Shown here piece by piece: positions 26,001 through 32,177 of a stretch of 32,177 nt of DNA. Within the stretch, counting starts at the first letter, position 1, and each line of letters begins with the position of its first letter. Below the pieces are notes generated by a model. That model was not told the DNA's origin. It saw only the letters and a program-made list of their open reading frames with translations, and made no database searches. The stretch lies in the IMG/VR virus record IMGVR_UViG_3300049139_000086, positions 1 to 32,177 of that record; one strand, 5' to 3'. The DNA comes from a virus. Its lineage: Duplodnaviria; Caudoviricetes. Both the position numbers and the translations under genes were made by a program.

Positions 26001-26192
26001 ATGTGCACTAAGTCAGAGATGGACAAGAACACCCCTATCCAGTACACCACTAAGGATCGTTCGCGCACTGCCTCATACGACATGGTCCGTAACACCGTAA
26101 CGGTATTTGAGGGATGCGCTCTAGTTGCCAACGTCGAGGTCCCCTGCGGCTTCCCGTCCTGGCGAGTGTGGGAAATAATCAAGAGTGCCTAA
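26001..26192 (+). CDS. Early hypothetical protein, ~63 aa
   Basis: GGAGAGAGG SD before ATG 26001; first ORF after the promoter. Confidence 0.6.
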   Translation: MCTKSEMDKNTPIQYTTKDRSRTASYDMVRNTVTVFEGCALVANVEVPCGFPSWRVWEIIKSA

Positions 26193-26227
26193 TCAGAGAT
26201 CAGACAAACGAACGAAAGGGGCTGGAA

Positions 26228-26386
26228 ATGGATGCTCGGCACATGGTGACTATCACTCACAGGGGAGACAAGGCGCACGCTGATTGCGCCTGTTATTGGG
26301 GAACGGATCTTATGGAGATCTCCCAGCTTCACGGCACGATCATGGGTCACTACATCAAAATTGGATACGTCCGCGACGCTGCCTGA
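26228..26386 (+). CDS. Early hypothetical protein, 52 aa (CxC, His-rich)
   Basis: GAAAGGG SD before ATG 26228; the stop begins an intergenic hairpin. Confidence 0.65.
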   Translation: MDARHMVTITHRGDKAHADCACYWGTDLMEISQLHGTIMGHYIKIGYVRDAA

Positions 26387-26455
26387 TCACTTGCCAAGGG
26401 GCAAGCGAGCAACGCCCGCCGGCTCCTTAGTGAGATCAGACAAAGGAGGCTCGCT

Positions 26456-26644
26456 ATGAAGATCACCATCCACGTCACTCTCGACTTAGACGCGCAAGCA
26501 CGGGACGCATGGGCGACTGAGTTCGGTTGCGACAACACCGCCGATGCGGTCCGCAGTGACGTCAAGGCGTACATGCGCAACCAGATTCACACCGACAGTT
26601 TCAAAGAGGCTGGGGTTCCTGGAGTCTCAGTTTCGGTCCGCTAG
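26456..26644 (+). CDS. Early hypothetical protein, 62 aa
   Basis: AAGGAGG SD; flanked by family hairpins. Confidence 0.75.
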   Translation: MKITIHVTLDLDAQARDAWATEFGCDNTADAVRSDVKAYMRNQIHTDSFKEAGVPGVSVSVR

Positions 26645-26734
26645 TGATCTTGTTCTAGGGCAACCAGCGCGGGGGCGCTGGGCGGCCCTGGTGTGAGATC
26701 AATCGCTCTGATCTCCAGCCCAAAGGGAGTTCCC

Positions 26735-26917
26735 ATGCAAGCTCGTAACCCGCTGTTCAACGTGCTTACGCCTATCGAGGCGATGTTTCTGGAGTCGCGC
26801 TTGCGGAGCGCGTACAGCCATGCGGGTGCCGCTCTGTTCACCACTAACCGATATGACGCGTATCGCGTCCGTAGCGAACTGTTGGACATCATCGATGACC
26901 TGTCACCCGCTTCGTAG
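26735..26917 (+). CDS. Early hypothetical protein, 60 aa
   Basis: AAGGGAG SD before ATG 26735; flanked by family hairpins. Confidence 0.7.
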   Translation: MQARNPLFNVLTPIEAMFLESRLRSAYSHAGAALFTTNRYDAYRVRSELLDIIDDLSPAS

Positions 26918-27032
26918 TGACTTTGCCAGGTGACATGCGCGCTTTGGGGAGCGCGCAGGCTGCCTAGTGAAGCCACCAAACGGTTTCATTCCTCGCCTGT
27001 GGCTAGACAGGCACGGTGGAAGGCTCACGCAA

Positions 27033-27269
27033 ATGGTTTCGTTCACGAACGGTACGGCCGAGATGGTTCACGCCATGGTTGAGGCGGACAAGGCCGACAT
27101 GGAGAGTTTCCCCATGGTCCTCAACCATGGGGACATGGAAGCCCTGATTTGGGTCATGTCCACCACTGTGGGTTTCGTCTCCCTGGAGGACATCCCCGAG
27201 GATATCCGCGAGCGTGCGGAAAGTCTGTTCACGGGCATCGCCGAAACGCTGGGTATTGAGGGGATCTAG
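27033..27269 (+). CDS. Early acidic hypothetical protein, 78 aa
   Basis: GGAAGG-CTCACGCAA-ATG start context. Confidence 0.7.
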   Translation: MVSFTNGTAEMVHAMVEADKADMESFPMVLNHGDMEALIWVMSTTVGFVSLEDIPEDIRERAESLFTGIAETLGIEGI

Positions 27270-27383
27270 AAACGCAATGAGGACGCCCGTTCGGGGACGG
27301 GCATCCAATTGTGTGGCTAGCTCGGCTGCACTGCCTCACTCGTGGCTAGACGAGTGAGAATCGCTCACGCAAAGGACACGACC

Positions 27384-27689
27384 ATGGCTGTTTTCGCTAC
27401 GTGGCACGGTGGTTCCGGCTACAGCATCGGCACCATTGATGATGACCTGGAGTCGTTCCCTTCCATCGCTCTTGCCAGGGAGACGTTCCGCGAGCGCGCC
27501 AACACGTCGGGCGCCGCGTACCTCAACACGTACTACGTCAACCGTGAGAACGAATCGGTTCGTTTCCCTGCCGTTGACGAGACGACCACGATGGACGTGT
27601 TTCTGTACGACCCTCGCACGGGTGGCGACTCTCCGGACTTCCGTCTTGTCCTCGGGCCGCGCGGTGGCGTCAAGCGTGAGAACTACTGA
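27384..27689 (+). CDS. Early hypothetical protein, 101 aa (WHGGSGYS...GPRGGV.RE)
   Basis: AAAGGA SD within the motif; ATG 27384; the C-terminal GPRGGV motif is seen in small phage proteins. Confidence 0.8.
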   Translation: MAVFATWHGGSGYSIGTIDDDLESFPSIALARETFRERANTSGAAYLNTYYVNRENESVRFPAVDETTTMDVFLYDPRTGGDSPDFRLVLGPRGGVKRENY

Positions 27690-27797
27690 CCCGTCATAGC
27701 CCATGATGCGCGCGGGGGCGCGCGTTGTGGAGATTGACCGGTCAGGGACGCTCGTGGCTAGGCGAGCGTCGCCAGGCAATCTAGAAAGGCTCACGCA

Positions 27798-27962
27798 ATG
27801 GATGGATACGAGGGAACCCCACTCGCCGAACTTCCGCACATCGATTACCCGCACGAGCCAGGCCGGATGTACGGCTGCTCAACGTGCGAGGCGGAATGCT
27901 TCTGTACCGGCCGGCCTGGCGACACAGAATGCATCTTCTGTGCTTCGCTGGCTGCCGTCTGA
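27798..27962 (+). CDS. Cys/His-rich 54-aa putative Zn-binding protein
   Basis: Translated by hand: MDGYEGTPLAELPHIDYPHEPGRMYGCSTCEAECFCTGRPGDTECIFCASLAAV. GAAAGG SD; the stop begins a family hairpin. Confidence 0.75.
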   Translation: MDGYEGTPLAELPHIDYPHEPGRMYGCSTCEAECFCTGRPGDTECIFCASLAAV

Positions 27963-28053
27963 CTTTGTCATAGGGCAAGCGCGCGGGGGCGCGCCGGCCC
28001 AGTAATGAGGTCAGTCGCTCGACTTCAGATGCTCACGCAGAAAGGTTCTCTCA

Positions 28054-28404
28054 ATGGCTCTGTCCAAGCCTCACAAGCTGTCGGACGGCAACACCATGCG
28101 CGTTCGTACGCGCCGCACTATCGCAGGCACGTATTTCGAGGAGGTTCACAGCCTCAAGGATCGGCCACATCAGCATTCTCTCTGGCTTCTGGGTACCTCT
28201 ATGTTCCTGGTCATGGCGAACACTAGTGAACCCCAGAGCATCAGTAACCCGGACTACAGCTATGCCAGAGATAACAAGCACGGCGCGGAAGTGGCCATGC
28301 GGTTCTTCGTGGATGGCGCGGAATCGTGCATCGAGGAGGCTCGCAAGGAAGGGCTCCCCACGATCTCTATGTATCGGATGGACTGGCAGGAACTCTCAGC
28401 CTGA
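28054..28404 (+). CDS. Early hypothetical protein, 116 aa
   Basis: GAAAGG SD after the motif; the stop begins a family hairpin. Confidence 0.75.
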   Translation: MALSKPHKLSDGNTMRVRTRRTIAGTYFEEVHSLKDRPHQHSLWLLGTSMFLVMANTSEPQSISNPDYSYARDNKHGAEVAMRFFVDGAESCIEEARKEGLPTISMYRMDWQELSA

Positions 28405-28483
28405 TCGTTGCATCAATGGCCAGTCTTTGGGGAGCCTGGCCAGGCAATGAAGTGATCAGTCAACACCACGAGAGGAAACCCGC

Positions 28484-28744
28484 ATGCCCAAGCAAATCGA
28501 GCTCACCGTGTCCGAAACGGTCGTCTACTCGTTCAAGATTGACGTGAACGACCTGTTTGAATGGGAAGACATGCCGCTAGTGATCAACCCTGACAGCGTC
28601 GAGGCAATCGAGGAATGGCTATCGGAGGACGTTGACCGCCAGGTCATCGCCGACCAGTGCACAGACGAGAATTTCGACTACTGCGAAGATCGGTCTCTCG
28701 ATAGCGCGACAGCCGTCGCCGTTGAGGCATCCGTAGCCGCCTGA
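28484..28744 (+). CDS. Very acidic early protein, 86 aa
   Basis: GAGGA SD; D/E-rich; flanked by near-identical hairpins. Confidence 0.8.
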   Translation: MPKQIELTVSETVVYSFKIDVNDLFEWEDMPLVINPDSVEAIEEWLSEDVDRQVIADQCTDENFDYCEDRSLDSATAVAVEASVAA

Positions 28745-28813
28745 TCGTTGCATCATGGCCCATCCGGGGGATGGGCCGGCAATGGAACGATCAGGCGAGA
28801 GAAAGGACTACGG

Positions 28814-28999
28814 TTGGCAACCGCCGACGAAGTGAACGGGCGCATGAACGCGCTCAACATGAACGAGGTTGAGGTTCATTTTCTCCTCGGCATCATCGGC
28901 AACCTGGCACCGGATGTACTCAATAAGGCGTTAGATGTGCTAGAGAGCTCTATAACCAAGCGAGACACCATCACCCGAGAGGAAACCAGCAATGGCTAG
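28814..28999 (+). CDS. Early hypothetical protein, 61 aa
   Basis: GAAAGGA SD before TTG 28814; overlaps the Lsr2 start. Confidence 0.65.
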   Translation: MATADEVNGRMNALNMNEVEVHFLLGIIGNLAPDVLNKALDVLESSITKRDTITREETSNG

Positions 29000-29342
29000 G
29001 CGCATCGTAGAGACGCTGATCGATGACACAGACGGCACCATTGCGTCCGAAACCGTCGTGTTCGCGATCGACGGCAGCTCTTACCAGATCGATCTCAGCG
29101 ACCCCAACGCGACGAAGATTCGTGACGCGCTGGCTCCGTTCGTGGCTGTCGCGCGGACGGTTCACGGCTCGGCTACTCGCAGGGGTCGCGGTCGCACGGG
29201 TGCCCCCCATGCGCGGCTGAGCCGCGAGAAGAGTGCCGAGATTCGGCAGTGGGCCAAGAAAAACAAGATCACTGTCAGCGAGCGTGGCCGCATAGCGGCC
29301 CACGTGGTCAAGCAGTACGAAGCGGCTAATCAGGAGGGATGA
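28992..29342 (+). CDS. lsr2: Lsr2-family nucleoid-associated / DNA-bridging protein
   Basis: N-domain LIDDTDG...ETVVFAIDG.SY.IDLS..NA.KIRDALAPFV..AR and C-domain IRQWAK.N.I.VSERGRI...V..QYEAA (RGR AT-hook). Confidence 0.95.
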   Translation: MARRIVETLIDDTDGTIASETVVFAIDGSSYQIDLSDPNATKIRDALAPFVAVARTVHGSATRRGRGRTGAPHARLSREKSAEIRQWAKKNKITVSERGRIAAHVVKQYEAANQEG

Positions 29343-29346
29343 TCTC

Positions 29347-29478
29347 GTGAGTCTGATGGGCAATCACGGTTACGACCCGTCCACTGATCCCGGAGAGATC
29401 ATGTCGAGCTACTACGACGCTGAGTACTTCGCTTGGACCGTTGATGAGGCGACTCGCCTCATCAACGACAACGACTGA
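29347..29478 (+). CDS. Small acidic protein, 43 aa
   Basis: AGGAGG SD before GTG 29347; the TGA begins a family hairpin. Translated by hand. Confidence 0.6.
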   Translation: MSLMGNHGYDPSTDPGEIMSSYYDAEYFAWTVDEATRLINDND

Positions 29479-29650
29479 TCGTTGCACCATGACTCATCCC
29501 TCCTATCGGGGGCGTGCACGGTCGCAGACCGTGAATGCCAGTGATTGATCACCTAGTGACGATCACCGGAGGGGATGAGTCTGCAATGGAGTGATCAGCG
29601 CTCGATCGCCCCACACACAGCAAACTCAGCTCACGCAAAGGAATCCCCCC

Positions 29651-30268
29651 ATGAACTATGACCCGTCCGGGCCGGGGAAACATCGGCTGCCGCCGATGCC
29701 GCCACCGCCACCACTGCCACCGGTCGCGATGCCTCGCGTCGAGGTGGCTCCTGTGAGCCAGATCCCTCCCCCTCCCCCCGAGAGCGGATTGCGCATGCTG
29801 GTGCTGGGCGTGGCTCTCGGCGCGATGGCCGCCGGCGTGCTGGGCTTCGGCATCGGACTCAAGGCCGGCGATGGCAGCGCGTCAACCGCGTCTGCCTCGA
29901 TCGTCTCGGCTTCTCCGACTCCCAGGTTCACGCCTATCCCTGCCCCCTCGCCGACGCCTTCGGCTTCGTCCACCAGGCAGCCGACCAAGGCTGATGTTCG
30001 CCTGGAGGTTGAGGAGACCCGTCGTCAGTGCTACGAGGTGGCGGGCTGCAACGTGTCTTACACCTTGGATGTCATCGTCAAGGACAAAGCCCTGTTCGAC
30101 CCTGACACCACGTACGCGATTACCTACCGCGTCAAGGGCGCACCGTCGCCCATCCTCGGGACTATCACTCTGGTAGATGGCCGTACTCCGATCGTGGATG
30201 AGTCCACGATGGGTGTACGGGTCGGTGGCAAGCTCACCGCGATCGTGACGAAGTTGCAGGCCAGGTGA
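29651..30268 (+). CDS. Membrane-anchored protein: Pro-rich N-terminus, TM helix, S/P linker, C-x5-C extracytoplasmic domain
   Basis: AAAGGA SD before ATG 29651; TM segment LVLGVALGAMAAGVLGFGIGL; QCYEVAGCNVSY resembles the actinobacterial QCFGSAGCNV.Y motif. Confidence 0.8.
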   Translation: MNYDPSGPGKHRLPPMPPPPPLPPVAMPRVEVAPVSQIPPPPPESGLRMLVLGVALGAMAAGVLGFGIGLKAGDGSASTASASIVSASPTPRFTPIPAPSPTPSASSTRQPTKADVRLEVEETRRQCYEVAGCNVSYTLDVIVKDKALFDPDTTYAITYRVKGAPSPILGTITLVDGRTPIVDESTMGVRVGGKLTAIVTKLQAR

Positions 30269-30363
30269 TGCCGGACTGGGCTTGGATGATCGGGCTAGGC
30301 GTCGGTGCAGCCCTGGTGTTCATCGCCGGCATCGTCGTCCTGGTCCTGGTGCTCACGCGCTGA
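30268..30363 (+). CDS. 31-aa single-TM peptide (MPDWAWMIGLGVGAALVFIAGIVVLVLVLTR)
   Basis: TGATG coupling; the stop begins a family hairpin. Confidence 0.6.
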   Translation: MPDWAWMIGLGVGAALVFIAGIVVLVLVLTR

Positions 30364-30428
30364 CTTGTCCATCCGTGGCCACACCTCCGGAGGTGTGGCC
30401 ATCATGGAACAGTTAGACGAGAGGAAGG

Positions 30429-30656
30429 ATGACCATGGCAAGCGCCATAGCAACCGTCAGCTCTGCCGCTGACGATCCGCAAGATTGCCACTGGTGGGAT
30501 GGCGACCGCTACGAGTGCGACTCTAAGTCAACCTACATCGTGGAAACGCCAGACACGGCCGAGGCCGGCGAGGCGGGCAAGCGATGGTTTGTCTGTGACA
30601 AGCACGTGCATACGGCGCTCTTCGAGGCGAGAACATACCTCTTCACCGGTCGGTGA
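30429..30656 (+). CDS. Hypothetical protein, 75 aa, possible Zn finger (C...C...CxxH)
   Basis: GAGGAAGG SD; flanked by hairpins. Confidence 0.7.
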   Translation: MTMASAIATVSSAADDPQDCHWWDGDRYECDSKSTYIVETPDTAEAGEAGKRWFVCDKHVHTALFEARTYLFTGR

Positions 30657-30773
30657 TAGCTGCGTCCTGGCGCTCCCGTAACAGGGAGCGCCTTTGGCGC
30701 GATGAACCTAGATGCGGGCTCGCTCCCCGTGTCACAACCGAATACAAACGCTCACGCAAAGGGGGGACGGGCT

Positions 30774-30962
30774 ATGCCCTTCCTTGAAATTCTGCTGTGC
30801 CTGGTCGCAGTCCAAGAGGTCGTCTTGGCTGTCCTGGCGATCCTCTACCTTCGTCGCGAGAAGCGCGACCGCGAACACACCGCTCATCTCGCCTGGAGTG
30901 CTGGACGCCTGTCGGCTCTGGAGAAGGCTGTCGCTGACCTCAAAGCCGAGATCGCCCTCTGA
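30774..30962 (+). CDS. Small membrane protein with coiled-coil tail, 62 aa
   Basis: Motif plus AAGGGGGG SD before ATG 30774; N-terminal hydrophobic helix. Confidence 0.7.
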   Translation: MPFLEILLCLVAVQEVVLAVLAILYLRREKRDREHTAHLAWSAGRLSALEKAVADLKAEIAL

Positions 30963-31114
30963 TGGACGGGCAAGAGGAACACACACGCATCCTGTTCTGG
31001 GAACGGTCCCTGTGCATGGGCCGGCCGTGTCGCATGTGCGAACAGGAAATGTTCTCCTGGCACGACATCAAGGGCATGACCTGGGAGCTCTGCCAGAACT
31101 GCGACATCGCATGA
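30962..31114 (+). CDS. 50-aa Zn-ribbon-like protein (CRMC...CQNC)
   Basis: Translated by hand; TGATG and ATGA coupling on both sides. Confidence 0.65.
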   Translation: MDGQEEHTRILFWERSLCMGRPCRMCEQEMFSWHDIKGMTWELCQNCDIA

Positions 31115-31320
31115 GCCGGCCACCGGCCAGCGCCCTTATCACGGTCGCGGTGATGGTCGTGATTGTGGTCATGGTCGCCGTGCCTCTAGCCATATCGGCC
31201 GCCGAGCTGCCCCTGTGGCTAGACCTTCTAGCCAGGTGGGCTTTCTGCCTCCGCTTTGGCGTCGAGTGTGGCCATGCACTGATCAATGCCGCGGATCGCG
31301 GCCAGCAAGGAAAGCGGTAG
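31111..31320 (+). CDS. Small membrane protein, 69 aa
   Basis: ATGA coupling; hydrophobic ALITVAVMVVIVVMVAVPLAI segment. Confidence 0.6.
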   Translation: MSRPPASALITVAVMVVIVVMVAVPLAISAAELPLWLDLLARWAFCLRFGVECGHALINAADRGQQGKR

Positions 31321-31330
31321 GGGGAGACGC

Positions 31331-31579
31331 ATGGGAACGGACAGCCACCAGACGATCACACCGGCACAGCAACGAGGCATCGACCGCTTCGGCGAGGTCA
31401 TCGCGGAGTACGCGCGGATGAAGGGGGTAGATGGGGATGCCCTCCAGTTGGGCGCCCCCGACCTGTACGCGGGTCTGATCGCCGATTCCCTACACTGGGC
31501 CAACCGGGAAGGCTTTGACGCCATCCTTGCCATGGGCGAGGCTTACCGCCTCGCTGAGGAAGAACGCGCCGGCGAGTGA
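31331..31579 (+). CDS. Hypothetical helical protein, 82 aa
   Basis: GGGGAG SD before ATG 31331; contains LIADSLHWA...GFD. Confidence 0.7.
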   Translation: MGTDSHQTITPAQQRGIDRFGEVIAEYARMKGVDGDALQLGAPDLYAGLIADSLHWANREGFDAILAMGEAYRLAEEERAGE

Positions 31580-31669
31580 TCATGCGCTCTCATCATCTGG
31601 GAACTGGCGAGCCTGGTCCTGGGTGGTGAAAGCGTGTGATCGGTCTCAATGCATCGGTTAGGAGGGGGC

Positions 31670-31882
31670 ATGGATAATGATCTTGTTACTCAGGCTGAGA
31701 TAGCCCAGCGGTATGAAGTGAACAAGCGGGCCGTTGGCCGCTGGATTCAGAAAAAGGGTTGGCCTAGGACGTATTATGTAGAACGCTCTGGCCATACTCG
31801 TAAGGCGTACAAGTGGGAAGACGTTCAGTCGTTCTGTCGCCTGCATGGCCTGCCTAAGAGGATAGTCTCTGACCAGGTGTAG
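31670..31882 (+). CDS. HTH DNA-binding protein (excisionase/AlpA/MerR-like wHTH)
   Basis: AGGAGG SD; pattern LVTQAEIAQRYEVNKRAVGRWIQKKGWP...Y.WEDV..F. Confidence 0.75.
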   Translation: MDNDLVTQAEIAQRYEVNKRAVGRWIQKKGWPRTYYVERSGHTRKAYKWEDVQSFCRLHGLPKRIVSDQV

Positions 31883-31986
31883 CGCTCACACCTGCCGTAG
31901 TGTTTTGCGAATCGCTCACGCGTGAGGATCTTCCGATTCTCCCATAGTGAGCGCTTGGAACAGCCGCTCACGCAAAGGTTTCATTC

Positions 31987-32177
31987 ATGGGTTGCAGGAA
32001 ATTCAAGGGTGAGGTTTTTTTTGATGACCTCACCGGGGAGACGCATCTCCCCGAGGAATTGGAAGAGCTCGTTTTTGCCTTTGATGGCCAGGCTTTGGCC
32101 ATTCACCTGGACGACGACAATGCCGCCGCGTTCCGCGCGGCCATGGCGCCTTTCGTTGAGGCCGCTCGGCCTACGAG
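31987..32177 (+). CDS. lsr2: Second, divergent Lsr2-like protein (N-terminal dimerisation domain), truncated by the window edge
   Basis: Translated by hand: MGCRKFKGEVFFDDLTGETHLPEELEELVFAFDGQALAIHLDDDNAAAFRAAMAPFVEAARPT...; motif plus AAAGG SD upstream. Confidence 0.75.
   Translation, partial: MGCRKFKGEVFFDDLTGETHLPEELEELVFAFDGQALAIHLDDDNAAAFRAAMAPFVEAARPT

Larger units (their letters stand above)
26383..31955 (+). repeat. Family of ~12 long imperfect intergenic hairpins starting at or next to stop codons
   Basis: Copies at 26383-26439, 26645-26701, 26917-26976, 27266-27320, 27686-27745, 27959-28014, 28401-28459, 28741-28794, 29475-29598, 30360-30416, 30657-30710 and 31881-31955. Most have TGA(T/C)Y...R(A/G)TCA ends and many have GGGG loops. 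Confidence 0.85.
24014..31978 (+). promoter_or_regulatory. Oriented start-associated motif GCTCACGCA(AAGG), 8 copies
   Basis: Starts at 24014, 27023, 27363, 27789, 28031, 29629, 30750 and 31966. The full 13-mer GCTCACGCAAAGG occurs at 24014, 27363, 29629, 30750 and 31966. Confidence 0.85.

Noticed and set aside
26383-28794. Hairpin repeats as a CRISPR array
   Set aside because: The repeats are divergent and are separated by whole genes of variable length; no cas genes are present.
30351-31921. Partial GCTCACGC copies at 30351 and 31914, and GTGGCTAG near 31215
   Set aside because: They lack the following A or the stem context (inside ORFs or another hairpin), so they were not counted as motif copies.
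1-32177. Integrase, att site or host flank indicating an integrated prophage
   Set aside because: None is visible in the window; the lifestyle cannot be determined from this sequence.

Overview
The whole window is about 32 kb of a GC-rich actinobacterial tailed phage with podovirus-like architecture. The host is probably a filamentous actinomycete, judging from Lsr2, a DUF397-like protein, a small GntR wHTH and HrdB-type promoters. The left arm (1-23571, minus strand) is one tightly coupled late operon: small genes, terminase large subunit with an N-terminal HTH, portal, probable internal-virion/ejection proteins (including an NlpC/P60 hydrolase and a 1438-aa protein), a non-coding island with tRNA-Trp(CCA), tRNA-Gln(CUG) and several unexplained structured RNAs, scaffold, N4-gp56-like major capsid, fibre, adaptor and nozzle genes, and the start of a lysis region. 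No tape measure or sheath gene is present. A central control region (23572-26000) holds a GntR HTH gene, a putative structured leader RNA, eight back-to-back hairpins and a TTGACA promoter covered by a 26-bp perfect palindrome. The right arm (26001-end, plus strand) is an array of small early genes, including two Lsr2 paralogues. Most of these genes are separated by long imperfect hairpins that start at the upstream stop codon, and many are preceded by an oriented GCTCACGCA(AAGG) motif, three times with a covarying GGCUAG-loop hairpin. This cassette-like arrangement and the tRNA-Arg-like RNA next to tRNA-Trp are the most interesting signals. All family assignments come from motif recognition by eye; no searches or folding programs were run.
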